DNA from: Sulfurospirillum sp.
GTDB lineage: Bacteria; Campylobacterota; Campylobacteria; Campylobacterales; Sulfurospirillaceae
NCBI GenBank assembly: GCA_045047115.1
Contig: JASFYR010000010.1
Span: 64,001 to 128,000, forward strand
Reading direction: 5' to 3'
DNA: 64,000 bases
In this document: piece by piece, positions 38,776-48,376 of the stretch
Position numbering within the stretch: the first letter of the stretch is position 1
Layout of the letters: each line of letters starts with the position of its first letter
Notes under the pieces: model-generated
Told to the model about the DNA's origin: nothing
What the model saw: the letters and a program-made list of their open reading frames with translations, nothing else
The model's database searches: none
Position numbers and translations under genes: made by a program

Positions 38776-39687
38776 ATGAATAAATACAGTGGGAGCGTCA
38801 GGGAGCTAGTCAATGCTCCCTTTCTTTCAACATTTTTCAATAAAAACAAACAAGGACACAATAGACTCTCCTGGAGAGGCTGGAGATGGCTGAGTATCAT
38901 AATCATAAACCTACTCTTCTTTCTATCATTTCATATAGATATTCAGGTTTTAGAGGGTACGCTAAATGGCTCAAGACTTCTGGGTTTTCACCTTATAGAT
39001 CCATTTACCGCTTTGGAAATCCTTGCAAGCGATCACGGTATGCATATCAATGTCATCATCGGTAGTGTAACACTCATAATTTTCTACTTTTTTGTAGGAG
39101 GCAAGGCATACTGCTCGTGGGTATGTCCATATGGGTTGCTGAGTGAAATAGGCGAGAGAATACACCTCAAACTTGTAAGTAAAAAAATTATAAAATCCAG
39201 AAATTTTGATCCTAGAATCAGATTTTTCTTTTGGGCTGTTTTTCTTTTGGCGGCTGCAATAGATGGATATCTTGTTTTTGAAGTTATCAACCCTATTGGA
39301 ATAATCAGCAGATTCATCGCATACGGCTGGAGCTTAGCCCTTGTTTGGGTAGTTGTTATTTTACTGTTTGAGATTTTCTTTTCAAGAAGAGGTTGGTGTA
39401 AATATATATGTCCTGTTGGCACAACATACAACTTTTTAGGATGGATCGGACTTACTAGACTCAAGTGGGATATGGACAAGTGTGATCACTGTTCAGCCTG
39501 TATAGCAGTTTGTCCGGAGGATCATGTTTTGGAATTCATAAAACCAAAACACGATAAAGAAAGAGCCGCAAAAGGTAAGCATCAAGAGTATATCAAAAAC
39601 GGAGATTGCATCATGTGTGGAAGATGCGTCGATGTCTGCCATGTAGATGCTTATAAGCTTGATTTTAGATTGAAGGATTTGGTGTAG
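38776..39687 (+). CDS. nosH: NapH/MauN-type membrane ferredoxin NosH
   Basis: YCSWVCPYG, WCKYICPVG, CDHCSACIAVCP, CIMCGRCVDVC. Confidence 0.92.
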   Translation: MNKYSGSVRELVNAPFLSTFFNKNKQGHNRLSWRGWRWLSIIIINLLFFLSFHIDIQVLEGTLNGSRLLGFHLIDPFTALEILASDHGMHINVIIGSVTLIIFYFFVGGKAYCSWVCPYGLLSEIGERIHLKLVSKKIIKSRNFDPRIRFFFWAVFLLAAAIDGYLVFEVINPIGIISRFIAYGWSLALVWVVVILLFEIFFSRRGWCKYICPVGTTYNFLGWIGLTRLKWDMDKCDHCSACIAVCPEDHVLEFIKPKHDKERAAKGKHQEYIKNGDCIMCGRCVDVCHVDAYKLDFRLKDLV

Positions 39688-39688
39688 T

Positions 39689-40330
39689 ATGCTTGTATCA
39701 GCAAAAAATGTTACTAAAAAATTTTTAGGTGTAAATGTTCTTGATGGTGTAAGTTTAGATATCAATCAAGGGGACAGGGTAGCCATGATGGGTCCAAACG
39801 GTGCGGGCAAGACAACTCTTATACGAGCATTTTTGGGATTTTACCATATAGACAAAGGCACAATAGAAGTTGATGGCTTTAATCCTATAAAAGATAGAGT
39901 AAAAGTTTTACAGAAGATAAGCTTTATACCCCAGCTTCCACCTCCTATAAAATTGAGTCTTGATGAGATGATCTCTTTCATAACCAAGAGTTCAAACATC
40001 TCAAAAGAGATGATTTTTAGAGAATCCGATCGGATGGAGCTAAGCTTAGAGAAAAATCTTCATAAACAATTTTTTAAACTATCAGGCGGTATGAAGCAAA
40101 AGCTTTTGATAGCTATCGCGCTATCAAAGAAAAGTTCATTGCTTGTTTTTGATGAACCAACAGCAAATTTAGATCCAAAAGCAAGAGAACACTTTTATAG
40201 ACTTCTTCAAGAGCTTGATGCAGAGTGTTCTACTCTATTTATAACTCACAGGCTTGATGAGATTAAAGATTTGGTAAACAGACAGGTCTATATGGATTTA
40301 GGAAAAATTGTTGAAGATGAAAAAGTTTAA
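39689..40330 (+). CDS. nosF: ABC transporter ATP-binding protein NosF
   Basis: GPNGAGKT, LSGGMKQK, FDEPT, ITH. Confidence 0.9.
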   Translation: MLVSAKNVTKKFLGVNVLDGVSLDINQGDRVAMMGPNGAGKTTLIRAFLGFYHIDKGTIEVDGFNPIKDRVKVLQKISFIPQLPPPIKLSLDEMISFITKSSNISKEMIFRESDRMELSLEKNLHKQFFKLSGGMKQKLLIAIALSKKSSLLVFDEPTANLDPKAREHFYRLLQELDAECSTLFITHRLDEIKDLVNRQVYMDLGKIVEDEKV

Positions 40331-40808
40331 ACTTCTCTTTTTCCTGCTGGTAACTATCGGTCTTTTTTTCACGGGTTGTGAAAAAAAGAAGATAGGAGGA
40401 GTTGAAGAAGTTCACTGGGACAGAGATATGTGTGAAAGATGCAAAATGGCTATCAGTGAGCGAAAATTTGCATTTGAGATAGTAAATCCTAAAAATGGAA
40501 AAACATATAAATTTGATGACATTGGTTGTGCAGTTCTTTGGATGGATGAGGAAAAAATTTCTTGGAAAAACAGAGCAATACTCTGGATAACAGATGCAAA
40601 AACGGGCAAATGGATAGATGCGAGAAAGGCATTATACACTGACGACAGCATTACCCCTATGGCTTATGGATTGGCGGCATATACAAAAGATACCGTACCT
40701 AAAAATCATGAAATTATAAATTTCAAACAAGCTAAAAAGATTATATACGAGGTAGAAAAGTTGAATACAAAAAAATTAGAAGAGATGAGAAAAGAGGATA
40801 AAAAATGA
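40308..40808 (+). CDS. nosL: Copper chaperone lipoprotein NosL
   Basis: Lipobox FTGC, CERCKM, FDDIGC, TPMAYG; true start probably the second Met at 40317. Confidence 0.88.
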   Translation: MLKMKKFKLLFFLLVTIGLFFTGCEKKKIGGVEEVHWDRDMCERCKMAISERKFAFEIVNPKNGKTYKFDDIGCAVLWMDEEKISWKNRAILWITDAKTGKWIDARKALYTDDSITPMAYGLAAYTKDTVPKNHEIINFKQAKKIIYEVEKLNTKKLEEMRKEDKK

Positions 40809-41632
40809 AAAATCTATTACTTGTGGCATATTTGGATATAAAAGAGTCACTGAGATCAAAATGGTTTTATGTATATGCTCTTGTCTTTGGTGGCTTGATG
40901 GCACTATTTTTTGTCACCGGAATTTCTGATTCGGTTGTTATGGGTTTTTCCGGACTCAGTAGGTTGCTTTTGGTTTTCATACAGGTTACTATCATAATTT
41001 TACCTATATTTATATTGATTACCACTGTTAAATCTATTTCGGGCGATAGAGAAAGCAATGTTTTGGAATATATGCTCTCCTTTCCCATATCCTTAACTCA
41101 CTACTATTGGGGCAAGATGTTGGGAAGATTTTTAACTGTATTTTTACCAGTTATTCTTGCTCTTGTTATGGGTGTGGTTTTTGGAATCATAAAAGGCGGT
41201 AATCTTCCATGGGCCATGATAAGTCTATACTCTGCGCTACTCTTTGCCATGTGCTTTGTATTTTTAGGTATTGCATTTTTTATCTCAACCATGGTAAAAT
41301 CATCTGATATAGCTGTTGGCACCTCTTTTATGATATGGATAATTCTTTTGGCATTTATCGATATTGCGCTAATTGGGCTAATGTTACAAGGCAGACTCAG
41401 TGATGGTCTGATTATCTCTATAGCACTTACAAATCCTATCGAAGTTTTCAGGATCGGAGCAATTTCACTTTTTGATCCCGAACTCACAGTCATAGGTCCT
41501 GTGGCATACTATCTGCTTGATACTTTGGGAGCAAAACTGTTAATGATGTATTCGATATTTTACCCTATAATACTAGGATTGTTTTTCTCATTTATGGGAT
41601 ATATCACATTTAAGAAAAAAGATTTACTGTAA
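40805..41632 (+). CDS. nosY: ABC transporter permease NosY
   Basis: DIKESLRSKW, DRESNVLEYMLSFP, YWGK, NPIEVFR. Confidence 0.9.
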   Translation: MKNLLLVAYLDIKESLRSKWFYVYALVFGGLMALFFVTGISDSVVMGFSGLSRLLLVFIQVTIIILPIFILITTVKSISGDRESNVLEYMLSFPISLTHYYWGKMLGRFLTVFLPVILALVMGVVFGIIKGGNLPWAMISLYSALLFAMCFVFLGIAFFISTMVKSSDIAVGTSFMIWIILLAFIDIALIGLMLQGRLSDGLIISIALTNPIEVFRIGAISLFDPELTVIGPVAYYLLDTLGAKLLMMYSIFYPIILGLFFSFMGYITFKKKDLL

Positions 41633-41641
41633 GGAGTAAAA

Positions 41642-42106
41642 ATGAAAAAATTTATATTAGTAATCACTGTATTAGCACTTAGTCTGTTTGCGGGAGAGAT
41701 AAAACTCTTAAATAAAAATGCTGTGGATCCCGTATATCAACTGCCTCTTAAAAAATATCCTGCTTTTTTATGCGAAGCAACTCTAAATAACGGCAAAACT
41801 GTACAGTTTGTGTCGGTAAAGTCTATGTTTCAAGTCTATTATCATCAGGGTTACTTTATGCATAATAAATTTTTAGATACTCATATAAAAAATATGTATG
41901 TTCAAGATTATCTAACTGGCAAAAAAATCAACGCTAAAAAAGCCCTATATGTTTTTGGTAGCAGACTTATCGGACCACACGGTGATGATTTAATACCGCT
42001 AAAAGACCAGGCAAGCATTAAAATATTTGCTATCAAATTTGGTGGCACTAAAACACTTCATTTTAGCAAAATGTCTGTTGGCCTTATCAAATACCTTGAC
42101 CAATAA
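41642..42106 (+). CDS. NosL-like periplasmic protein lacking the CxxCxM motif
   Basis: DPVYQL in place of CxxCGM; FVSVKSM, YVQDY, YVFGS..IGPHGDDLIP, FGG. Confidence 0.72.
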   Translation: MKKFILVITVLALSLFAGEIKLLNKNAVDPVYQLPLKKYPAFLCEATLNNGKTVQFVSVKSMFQVYYHQGYFMHNKFLDTHIKNMYVQDYLTGKKINAKKALYVFGSRLIGPHGDDLIPLKDQASIKIFAIKFGGTKTLHFSKMSVGLIKYLDQ

Positions 42107-42128
42107 CAAATAAAGAAAGTTACAAAAA

Positions 42129-42437
42129 ATGAAATTTAAAGTTCAATTTGTACTTTTCTTTATGTTTACCGTTTTATCTCTTCTGTTTATACAAGTACTT
42201 TGTCTAAATTTAAGAGATAGTCACACAGATGAGAAAATTAGCTTTGTGAAACTCATAGGATTGCCTGATTTAGCTATATCAAATGAGACTCATTATGTGA
42301 GGCACAGGAGCCTGAGTGATACTTTCTCTATATTTAGTAATTCACCGACACTGAGTGAAAATTTTCCCTCAACTTTTGTGTATAATTACTCCAATATCCA
42401 AAAAAATCTACCATCAAGGATAGAAATTGAAAAATAA
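42129..42437 (+). CDS. Small membrane-anchored hypothetical protein
   Basis: One TM then LIGLPDLAISNETHYVRHRSL; overlaps the next gene. Confidence 0.7.
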   Translation: MKFKVQFVLFFMFTVLSLLFIQVLCLNLRDSHTDEKISFVKLIGLPDLAISNETHYVRHRSLSDTFSIFSNSPTLSENFPSTFVYNYSNIQKNLPSRIEIEK

Positions 42438-43614
42438 AATCAATCTTTTTTTATTTGATTTTTCCATATTGTCTATTTTTAGAAGAGGCAGTAAAAATAT
42501 ATTTATATTTTTTGTTTTTACCTTACTAATTTTTTTACTAAGTTCGATACTGTTCATATCAAACTCTATAAAAAGTGAACTAGACACAACACTAGATGCG
42601 CTTCCAGATATAACAGTACAGAGACTGCAAGCGGGACGAGCCATAAATACACCGCTTAGCAGAGTTGATAAGCTCTTAGCGATAGATGGCGTTAAAGCTG
42701 TTGTGCCAAGAGTTTGGGGCTACTACTATTTCGCAAATGCAGGTGTAAATTTTTCTGTGGTTGGCATAGATCAATTTGAGGATCAATATAGAAACCTATA
42801 CACTAAATTATGTGATAAATTTGATTTTGACAAACTCAAAAGTGACTCTGGTATGCTTGTCGGAAGTGGTGTCAATAAAATATTGAAGCATAGCTTCTAT
42901 CAAGGCTACTTTAATTTTATCAAGCCTGATGGAGATTTAACAAAAGTCAAGATAGATGGTGTTTTTAAAGGTGATACAAAACTAGAGTCAAACGATGTAA
43001 TTGTTATGCCAAGCAAGAGGGTTAGGGAGATATTTGGTATGAAAAATGACGAAGCAGTCGATTTTGTCATAAAGATAGCAAATCCCAAAGAGATACCTAA
43101 TATCGCAAGAAAGATAACTGAACTCTATCCTGATACAAGGGTCATAACCAAAGAGGATCTAAAGATCAGCTACCAAAATCTTTTTAACTACAAAGGTGGT
43201 CTCTTTTTGGCTCTATTTGTCATCAGTACTTTTACATTTTTTATGATTATTTACGACAAAGCAAGTGGTGTCAGCTCGGATGAAAAAAGAGAGATAGGTA
43301 TACTCAAAGCTGTCGGTTGGACGATAGATGATATACTCAAGGAGAAATTTTATGAAGCTTTTATAATCTCTTTTATCTCTTTTATCACAGCACTTTGTCT
43401 CTCGATGTTTTATGTTTATTTCCTAAACGCCCCACTCTTGAAAAATATTTTTATCGGGTATTCCAGCCTGAAACCAGCATTTGATCTCCCTTTTAGCTTT
43501 GATTTTCAGACATTTGCTATCATATTTTTCTTAACAGTTCCAATTTATATAGCAGCAACCATCATACCTTCATGGAGAGTTGCATCAATGGATGCTGACG
43601 AGGTAATGAGATGA
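42427..43614 (+). CDS. MacB/LolE-type ABC transporter permease
   Basis: TM1, large periplasmic domain, EKREIGILKAVGW, three further TMs, IIPSWRVA. Confidence 0.88.
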   Translation: MKNKINLFLFDFSILSIFRRGSKNIFIFFVFTLLIFLLSSILFISNSIKSELDTTLDALPDITVQRLQAGRAINTPLSRVDKLLAIDGVKAVVPRVWGYYYFANAGVNFSVVGIDQFEDQYRNLYTKLCDKFDFDKLKSDSGMLVGSGVNKILKHSFYQGYFNFIKPDGDLTKVKIDGVFKGDTKLESNDVIVMPSKRVREIFGMKNDEAVDFVIKIANPKEIPNIARKITELYPDTRVITKEDLKISYQNLFNYKGGLFLALFVISTFTFFMIIYDKASGVSSDEKREIGILKAVGWTIDDILKEKFYEAFIISFISFITALCLSMFYVYFLNAPLLKNIFIGYSSLKPAFDLPFSFDFQTFAIIFFLTVPIYIAATIIPSWRVASMDADEVMR

Positions 43615-44279
43615 TAGAGTTAAAAAATGTAACAAAAGAGTTTAAAGTCGGAGCAAATGACAAAGTAATTGCTCTTAAAAATATAAATCTACATGTGAAA
43701 AAAGGGGAAATAGTTCTTCTTAAAGGTCCTAGCGGGAGTGGAAAAAGTACGATTTTATCGCTCATTGCTGCACTAAACAAGCCAACAAGCGGGGAAGTGA
43801 TAGTAGATGGAAAAAGAGTTTCAAAATTGGCTGATAATTTTACATCTCTCTTTAGACGAGAAAATATAGGCTTTATATTTCAAAGATATAATCTTATACC
43901 AACTCTTAGCGCAAAAGAGAATGTGATAGTTCCGCTCATTCCTTCAAATCCTGATTCACACTGGCTAGACCTTAGAGTAAGAGAACTGTTTGAAAATTTT
44001 TCTCTACAATCCAAAATGGAAGTCATAGTTAAAAATCTCTCCGGAGGAGAACAGCAAAGAGTTGCAATTGCAAGAGCCCTTATCAACAATCCCAGCATCA
44101 TCATTGCAGATGAACCAACAGCGAATTTGGATAAAAAACTCTCTTTGGAGTTTATAGAGATTTTAAAAAAGCTAAAAAACGGACGCAACAGTATAATAGT
44201 TGCATCTCACGATCCACTATTTTTTGATTTAGACTTTATAGACAGACAGATAGATATACACAATGGAGAGATTTTATAA
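43611..44279 (+). CDS. LolD/MacB-type ABC transporter ATP-binding protein
   Basis: GPSGSGKST, IGFIFQ, LSGGEQQRVAIARAL, ADEPTANLD, SHD. Confidence 0.92.
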   Translation: MIELKNVTKEFKVGANDKVIALKNINLHVKKGEIVLLKGPSGSGKSTILSLIAALNKPTSGEVIVDGKRVSKLADNFTSLFRRENIGFIFQRYNLIPTLSAKENVIVPLIPSNPDSHWLDLRVRELFENFSLQSKMEVIVKNLSGGEQQRVAIARALINNPSIIIADEPTANLDKKLSLEFIEILKKLKNGRNSIIVASHDPLFFDLDFIDRQIDIHNGEIL

Positions 44280-45241
44280 TGCTCTTGACTCCTGAAATCA
44301 TTACTATTTTGGCGCTTGATTTTATATTTCTTTTTTTTGGCACAATCGCCTTTTTTATCAGCATAAAAATAGTAAGATTTTGGAATCTAAATGCCACAAC
44401 CAATCTACAGTACAAATTGGAAAAACAGAGTTTTTTAGTAGCTACTATCATAAAGTATATATTTATAGTCAAACTGCCTCTTTTTCTGTTTTTTATATTT
44501 ACAGCTGACAAACTCTCAGACATCATCACAGGTGCCATGTGTGGTGCAGGAGTGGTAAATTCAGTCAGTTTTGGCTCAACTATGTTCTTTTTTAAGATTT
44601 TAAATCTATATATATTTGGTTTTTGGCTTGTTCTAAACCACTTTGATCTTAAAAATGAAAATCAACCATACACCAGATACAAATTTTTGCTTTACTCTGT
44701 AGGATTTATCTTTCTACTGATTGAGTTATATCTTGATGTTGATTTTTTCTCTTCATTGGATGTAAGTAAATTAGTAAGTTGTTGCGGAACACTTTTTTCA
44801 GCTACTTCTAGCTCATCTCTATCTTTTATATTTACCGTAAATAAACTCTATTTTGTCTATATATTTTATGCCATATTTGCACTTTTGCTTATATCGTATA
44901 TATTTAAAAATGCTTTTATGATTTTGAGTCTTAATGTTATATATATATTTATCTCTATCATCTCTTTGATTGTATTTTTTGGAACTTACATCTATCAACT
45001 CCCAACTCATCACTGCCCTTTTTGTATGTTGCAAAAAGATTATGATTATATAGGATATGTTGTATATACAACTCTTTATGTCGGTACATTTTATGGCATA
45101 AGTGGAGCTATAATGTCATTTTTAGAGAAAAAAACAGAAAAGTTTTACTATAATGTATCTATAATATTTAACACCGCTTATGCGCTTATAATAAGTGCAT
45201 ATCCAATTACTTACTATATTAAAAATGGAGCTTGGTTATGA
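44279..45241 (+). CDS. Polytopic membrane protein with Cys/His motifs
   Basis: About 8 TM; GAMCGAG, VSCCG and THHCPFCM in loops. Confidence 0.8.
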   Translation: MLLTPEIITILALDFIFLFFGTIAFFISIKIVRFWNLNATTNLQYKLEKQSFLVATIIKYIFIVKLPLFLFFIFTADKLSDIITGAMCGAGVVNSVSFGSTMFFFKILNLYIFGFWLVLNHFDLKNENQPYTRYKFLLYSVGFIFLLIELYLDVDFFSSLDVSKLVSCCGTLFSATSSSSLSFIFTVNKLYFVYIFYAIFALLLISYIFKNAFMILSLNVIYIFISIISLIVFFGTYIYQLPTHHCPFCMLQKDYDYIGYVVYTTLYVGTFYGISGAIMSFLEKKTEKFYYNVSIIFNTAYALIISAYPITYYIKNGAWL

Positions 45242-45747
45242 TTAAAAAAATTGTACTTATCGTTTTTCCTGTTCTTGTAATTTTAGGACTCTTCTACTAC
45301 AAGACACAGAGCGATCAAAAAGCAGAAGATATAAAAAATACTGAAATGATACCTCTTAAAATAATTCCAAACAAGATGCAAGATCCTCAGTGTCATATGT
45401 ATCTTTCAACACAAGATTTTGCAGTTGAAGTGATAACCAAAGACTATAAAACACACTTCTTCGATGATCCGGGATGCTCAATACTTTGGATGAAAGGCAA
45501 TAAAATTGATCCTAAAAATGTAAAGATTTGGGCATATACGATGGATACCAAAAAATGGATAGATGCAAAAAAAGCATTTTACAGCATAAGTGACTTTGAA
45601 ACACCTATGCACTATGGGTTTGGCGCACACGAAAAAGATAGAAAAGGATATATTGGTTTTGACGAAATGAGATTAAGAATGTTAAGAGGTGAAAATATGA
45701 CAAACCCAAAAATCAGAAGAAAGATACTACAAGAAGAAAAGAAATAA
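45232..45747 (+). CDS. NosL-like membrane-anchored protein
   Basis: DPQCHM, FFDDPGC, WIDAKKAFY, TPMHYGFG. Confidence 0.75.
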   Translation: MVMIKKIVLIVFPVLVILGLFYYKTQSDQKAEDIKNTEMIPLKIIPNKMQDPQCHMYLSTQDFAVEVITKDYKTHFFDDPGCSILWMKGNKIDPKNVKIWAYTMDTKKWIDAKKAFYSISDFETPMHYGFGAHEKDRKGYIGFDEMRLRMLRGENMTNPKIRRKILQEEKK

Positions 45748-45976
45748 AAAAATTCTAGGCGATAGCCTAAGCTTTAGTAGAGCGTGAATTGATGAGGAAT
45801 TCACTTCCGTATAAAAAGATAAACAGTAAATTCTAAGCAAAGCCTAAGCTTTAGTGTTTGCTACTTTAGTCGGAATTCATTTCCGACGCTAAAAGTAGAT
45901 AAAAATAAAAAAATTCTAGGCGATAGCCTAAGCTTTAGTAGAGCGTGAATTGGCTAGGAATTCACTTCCTAGCCAA
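45742..45976. repeat. Cluster of three REP/MITE-like palindromic units
   Basis: 50-bp exact direct repeat (45742-45791 and 45903-45952) plus a degenerate middle copy from 45828. Each unit has a CTAGGC..GCCTAAG hairpin and a GGAATTCA(C/T)TTCC hairpin. Confidence 0.8.
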
Positions 45977-46004
45977 GATGACAATAAATAAAATAGGAGA
46001 AAAA

Positions 46005-46529
46005 ATGAAAAGACCAGAACCGATAGATAAAGAGATTATCTTAGATAACACAAAGTATATAGAATCACAAACGGATAAAAAAGGCATCATCATAGAGTGT
46101 AATGACTACTTTGCAGAGATTTCAGGCTACTCAAAAGAGGAGCTTCTTGGAGAGCCTCACAGTATTGTAAGACACCCTGATATGCCAAGAATTGCATTTA
46201 AACTTCTTTGGGAGAGAATTCAAAGTGGTCACAATCTCACTGCTGTCATCAAAAATCTTGCGAAAGATGGAAGATACTACTGGGTATTTACACATTTTGA
46301 AATCATAAGAGACATCAATACTAAAGAGATAAAGGGGTATAGGGCATACAGAAAAGCAGTCTCTAAGCATATAGCTGATATATTACTACCGCTCTATAAA
46401 AAACTTGTTGAAATAGAAAAAGATGACGGTATGGAAGCAAGCGAAAAATACTTAAATGAATTTTTAGCCGAAAAGGGCGATGATGTCACTATCGACAACC
46501 TAATGGAAGAGATACATAGATTTTATTAG
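46005..46529 (+). CDS. Stand-alone Aer/CetB-like PAS domain protein
   Basis: Start moved to ATG 46005 (AGGAGA RBS); TDKKGII..NDYF..ISGY..PHSIVRHPDMP..F..LW..KNLAKDGRYYWV. Confidence 0.88.
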   Translation: MKRPEPIDKEIILDNTKYIESQTDKKGIIIECNDYFAEISGYSKEELLGEPHSIVRHPDMPRIAFKLLWERIQSGHNLTAVIKNLAKDGRYYWVFTHFEIIRDINTKEIKGYRAYRKAVSKHIADILLPLYKKLVEIEKDDGMEASEKYLNEFLAEKGDDVTIDNLMEEIHRFY

Positions 46530-46552
46530 CAGAGCAAAAAAGGATATGATTT

Positions 46553-47197
46553 TTGAAAGATTTACTAAAACAAATTCCTATATTTGAAAGTTTTAGCGAT
46601 GATGATCTTTCTTATCTTGAAAATATTTCAACAGTAAAAATATTTGAAAAAAACAGGGTTGTCTTCTTTAAGGGAGATGACTCAAAATATCTTCACATTC
46701 TTTTAGAAGGACATATAAAGATATATAAAAACAATATAAAAGGGAATGAGGTTGTATTGAAAATTCTCGACACACCCTCTTTGGTCGCCGAATTGGCAAA
46801 TTTGGAACATATGCCATACCCATCTAGCTGTTCAACACTGATTGATTCAAAAATTTTATTGGTTGATTTTGAAAAATTTGAAAATCACTTCTTAAATAAT
46901 ACAAAATTTTTATTTATGTTTGTAAAGTCTTTGACAAAAACCATATTGATGCTGGAAAAAACAATCTCCTTGAATCTTACCCTGGACTCAACATCAAAAG
47001 TGGCAAAACACATATATGAAACGTTTCCTAACTCTTGTCATATGAATCACAAAATTACAGCTTCTACACTAAATATGACTCCGGAAACTTACTCTAGAAT
47101 TATAAGAAAGTTCAAAGATGAAAACTTGATAAAAGAAGAAAACGGTGAGTTCACTATTTTAAACGGGAGCAAGCTAAGAGAATATTTTGACATATAA
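46553..47197 (+). CDS. Crp/Fnr family regulator, NssR/DNR-like
   Basis: VAELAN..YP sensor domain; HTH MTPETYSRII with the ExxSR motif that reads TTGA-type boxes. Confidence 0.88.
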   Translation: MKDLLKQIPIFESFSDDDLSYLENISTVKIFEKNRVVFFKGDDSKYLHILLEGHIKIYKNNIKGNEVVLKILDTPSLVAELANLEHMPYPSSCSTLIDSKILLVDFEKFENHFLNNTKFLFMFVKSLTKTILMLEKTISLNLTLDSTSKVAKHIYETFPNSCHMNHKITASTLNMTPETYSRIIRKFKDENLIKEENGEFTILNGSKLREYFDI

Positions 47198-47239
47198 CTA
47201 ACCTTACGCACCGGGCACTTAACCCGGTACATACAAAAT

Positions 47240-47854
47240 CTACATTCCCAAAGAACCTATCAGAGTAGCTTTTGGGCTCACACCTTTGTCTTGTATAAAC
47301 AAGAAGTCATTTCCGGGTGCTGCCGCATGGCAAGATATACAACCCACCGGCATACCTTTTGCAACCTTGCCTGCCAACTTCATACCCTTTGGATTTTTCA
47401 TAATTATTCCATCCGGAGTATATTTAACCCAAAACCAATCTTTATCATCAGGGTCGTAACCCGGTCTTTTAGCCATAACTGTTATAGCTTTTAGGTATTT
47501 GGATCTATTTAAGGATACACTATCAATGCTAACCCCTTTTCCTCCGTAGTTTCTCTTTAAAACTATTAGATTGCCATCAATTTTACCCTCTAAAACTTCT
47601 CTGACTTTTCCATGTGGAGGACTACCGGTATAGAGCTTCGAAGCTTTAGAGTTAAAACCCATCATTTCAAGTTTATTCCAAAGATTTTGTGCATACGACA
47701 CATCATCCATGCTGCCAAATGGGGGCACCATTTTACCCATCGATTTTTTGTTGGTATTTTTGTCGCTATTTGTGCCATAATCACTGCTCATGGCACAACC
47801 CGAAATTAGAAGACCGGTGGCACTTAGTGCAACGATAAAATATTTTGTATTCAA
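47240..47854 (-). CDS. Cytochrome P460/c'-beta family lipoprotein
   Basis: Start reassigned to TTG 47854 (GAGGAG RBS); lipobox ISGC; ITVMAKRPGYDP..DWFWVKY..G; near-C-terminal CISCH...DFLF. Confidence 0.78.
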   Translation of the reverse strand: MNTKYFIVALSATGLLISGCAMSSDYGTNSDKNTNKKSMGKMVPPFGSMDDVSYAQNLWNKLEMMGFNSKASKLYTGSPPHGKVREVLEGKIDGNLIVLKRNYGGKGVSIDSVSLNRSKYLKAITVMAKRPGYDPDDKDWFWVKYTPDGIIMKNPKGMKLAGKVAKGMPVGCISCHAAAPGNDFLFIQDKGVSPKATLIGSLGM

Positions 47855-47945
47855 GATAAACTCCTCATTTTGTTTTGATAAAAGCATCTTATCTATGCTG
47901 CGTGTAATAATTGTTTAGAGTTTATTGATATAATTATTTTATTGA

Positions 47946-47959
47946 TTGACCCATATCAA
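47946..47959. promoter_or_regulatory. Crp/Fnr (Nss-type) box
   Basis: TTGAC-CCAT-ATCAA; centre 29.5 bp before TATAAT (47982). Confidence 0.8.
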
Positions 47960-48013
47960 TAAACTTTTAATAAAAGTAGTGTATAATTCCACAAAAATTA
48001 AATAGGAGTCAAT

Positions 48014-48373
48014 ATGTCTGATTTAAAAATCTCAAAACCAGATGATGCAAAAGAGATAACAGTCGAAGGTCAAACAGTACCTTTTTTTGAGTATAAGATA
48101 GGTGATACTACATATATAGAATTTGACACATCAAGATGTGGTCCACCTGAGCCTATGGTAAATGCTATGCTTGCAGTTGGACTTATAAAGGACAAAAACA
48201 CAAAGGTTATCATGATAAATCACAAAAGTCCTGCCGGATTATTACCAAAAATAAATCAAAATTACAATATCCAAGAGGCTACGACAGAAGATGGGAAAGC
48301 AAAATTGATTTTTTCATATAAAGAAGGCATGAGCGAAAAAGCTGACCTAAGTGATAAAAGTTGTGACGGATAA
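48014..48373 (+). CDS. Small TusA/DUF2249-like protein
   Basis: FDTSRCGPPEPM...MINHKSPAGLLPKI resembles the SirA/TusA-like fold; C-terminal SCDG. Confidence 0.65.
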   Translation: MSDLKISKPDDAKEITVEGQTVPFFEYKIGDTTYIEFDTSRCGPPEPMVNAMLAVGLIKDKNTKVIMINHKSPAGLLPKINQNYNIQEATTEDGKAKLIFSYKEGMSEKADLSDKSCDG

Positions 48374-48376
48374 AAA

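Noticed and set aside
45742..45976. Possible mini-CRISPR array (three similar repeats of about 29 bp)
   Set aside because: The intervening sequences are related to each other and palindromic rather than unique spacers, the middle repeat is degenerate, and no cas genes are present.
45945..46004. N-terminal extension of the PAS protein given in the track
   Set aside because: Starts inside the repeat element; ATG 46005 has a clear RBS. Similar over-long starts were trimmed for nirS, the P460-like gene and the anchored Hsp20.
47920..47945. Fur-like AT-rich boxes here and at 7470-7530
   Set aside because: No convincing 7-1-7 palindrome above the AT-rich background.
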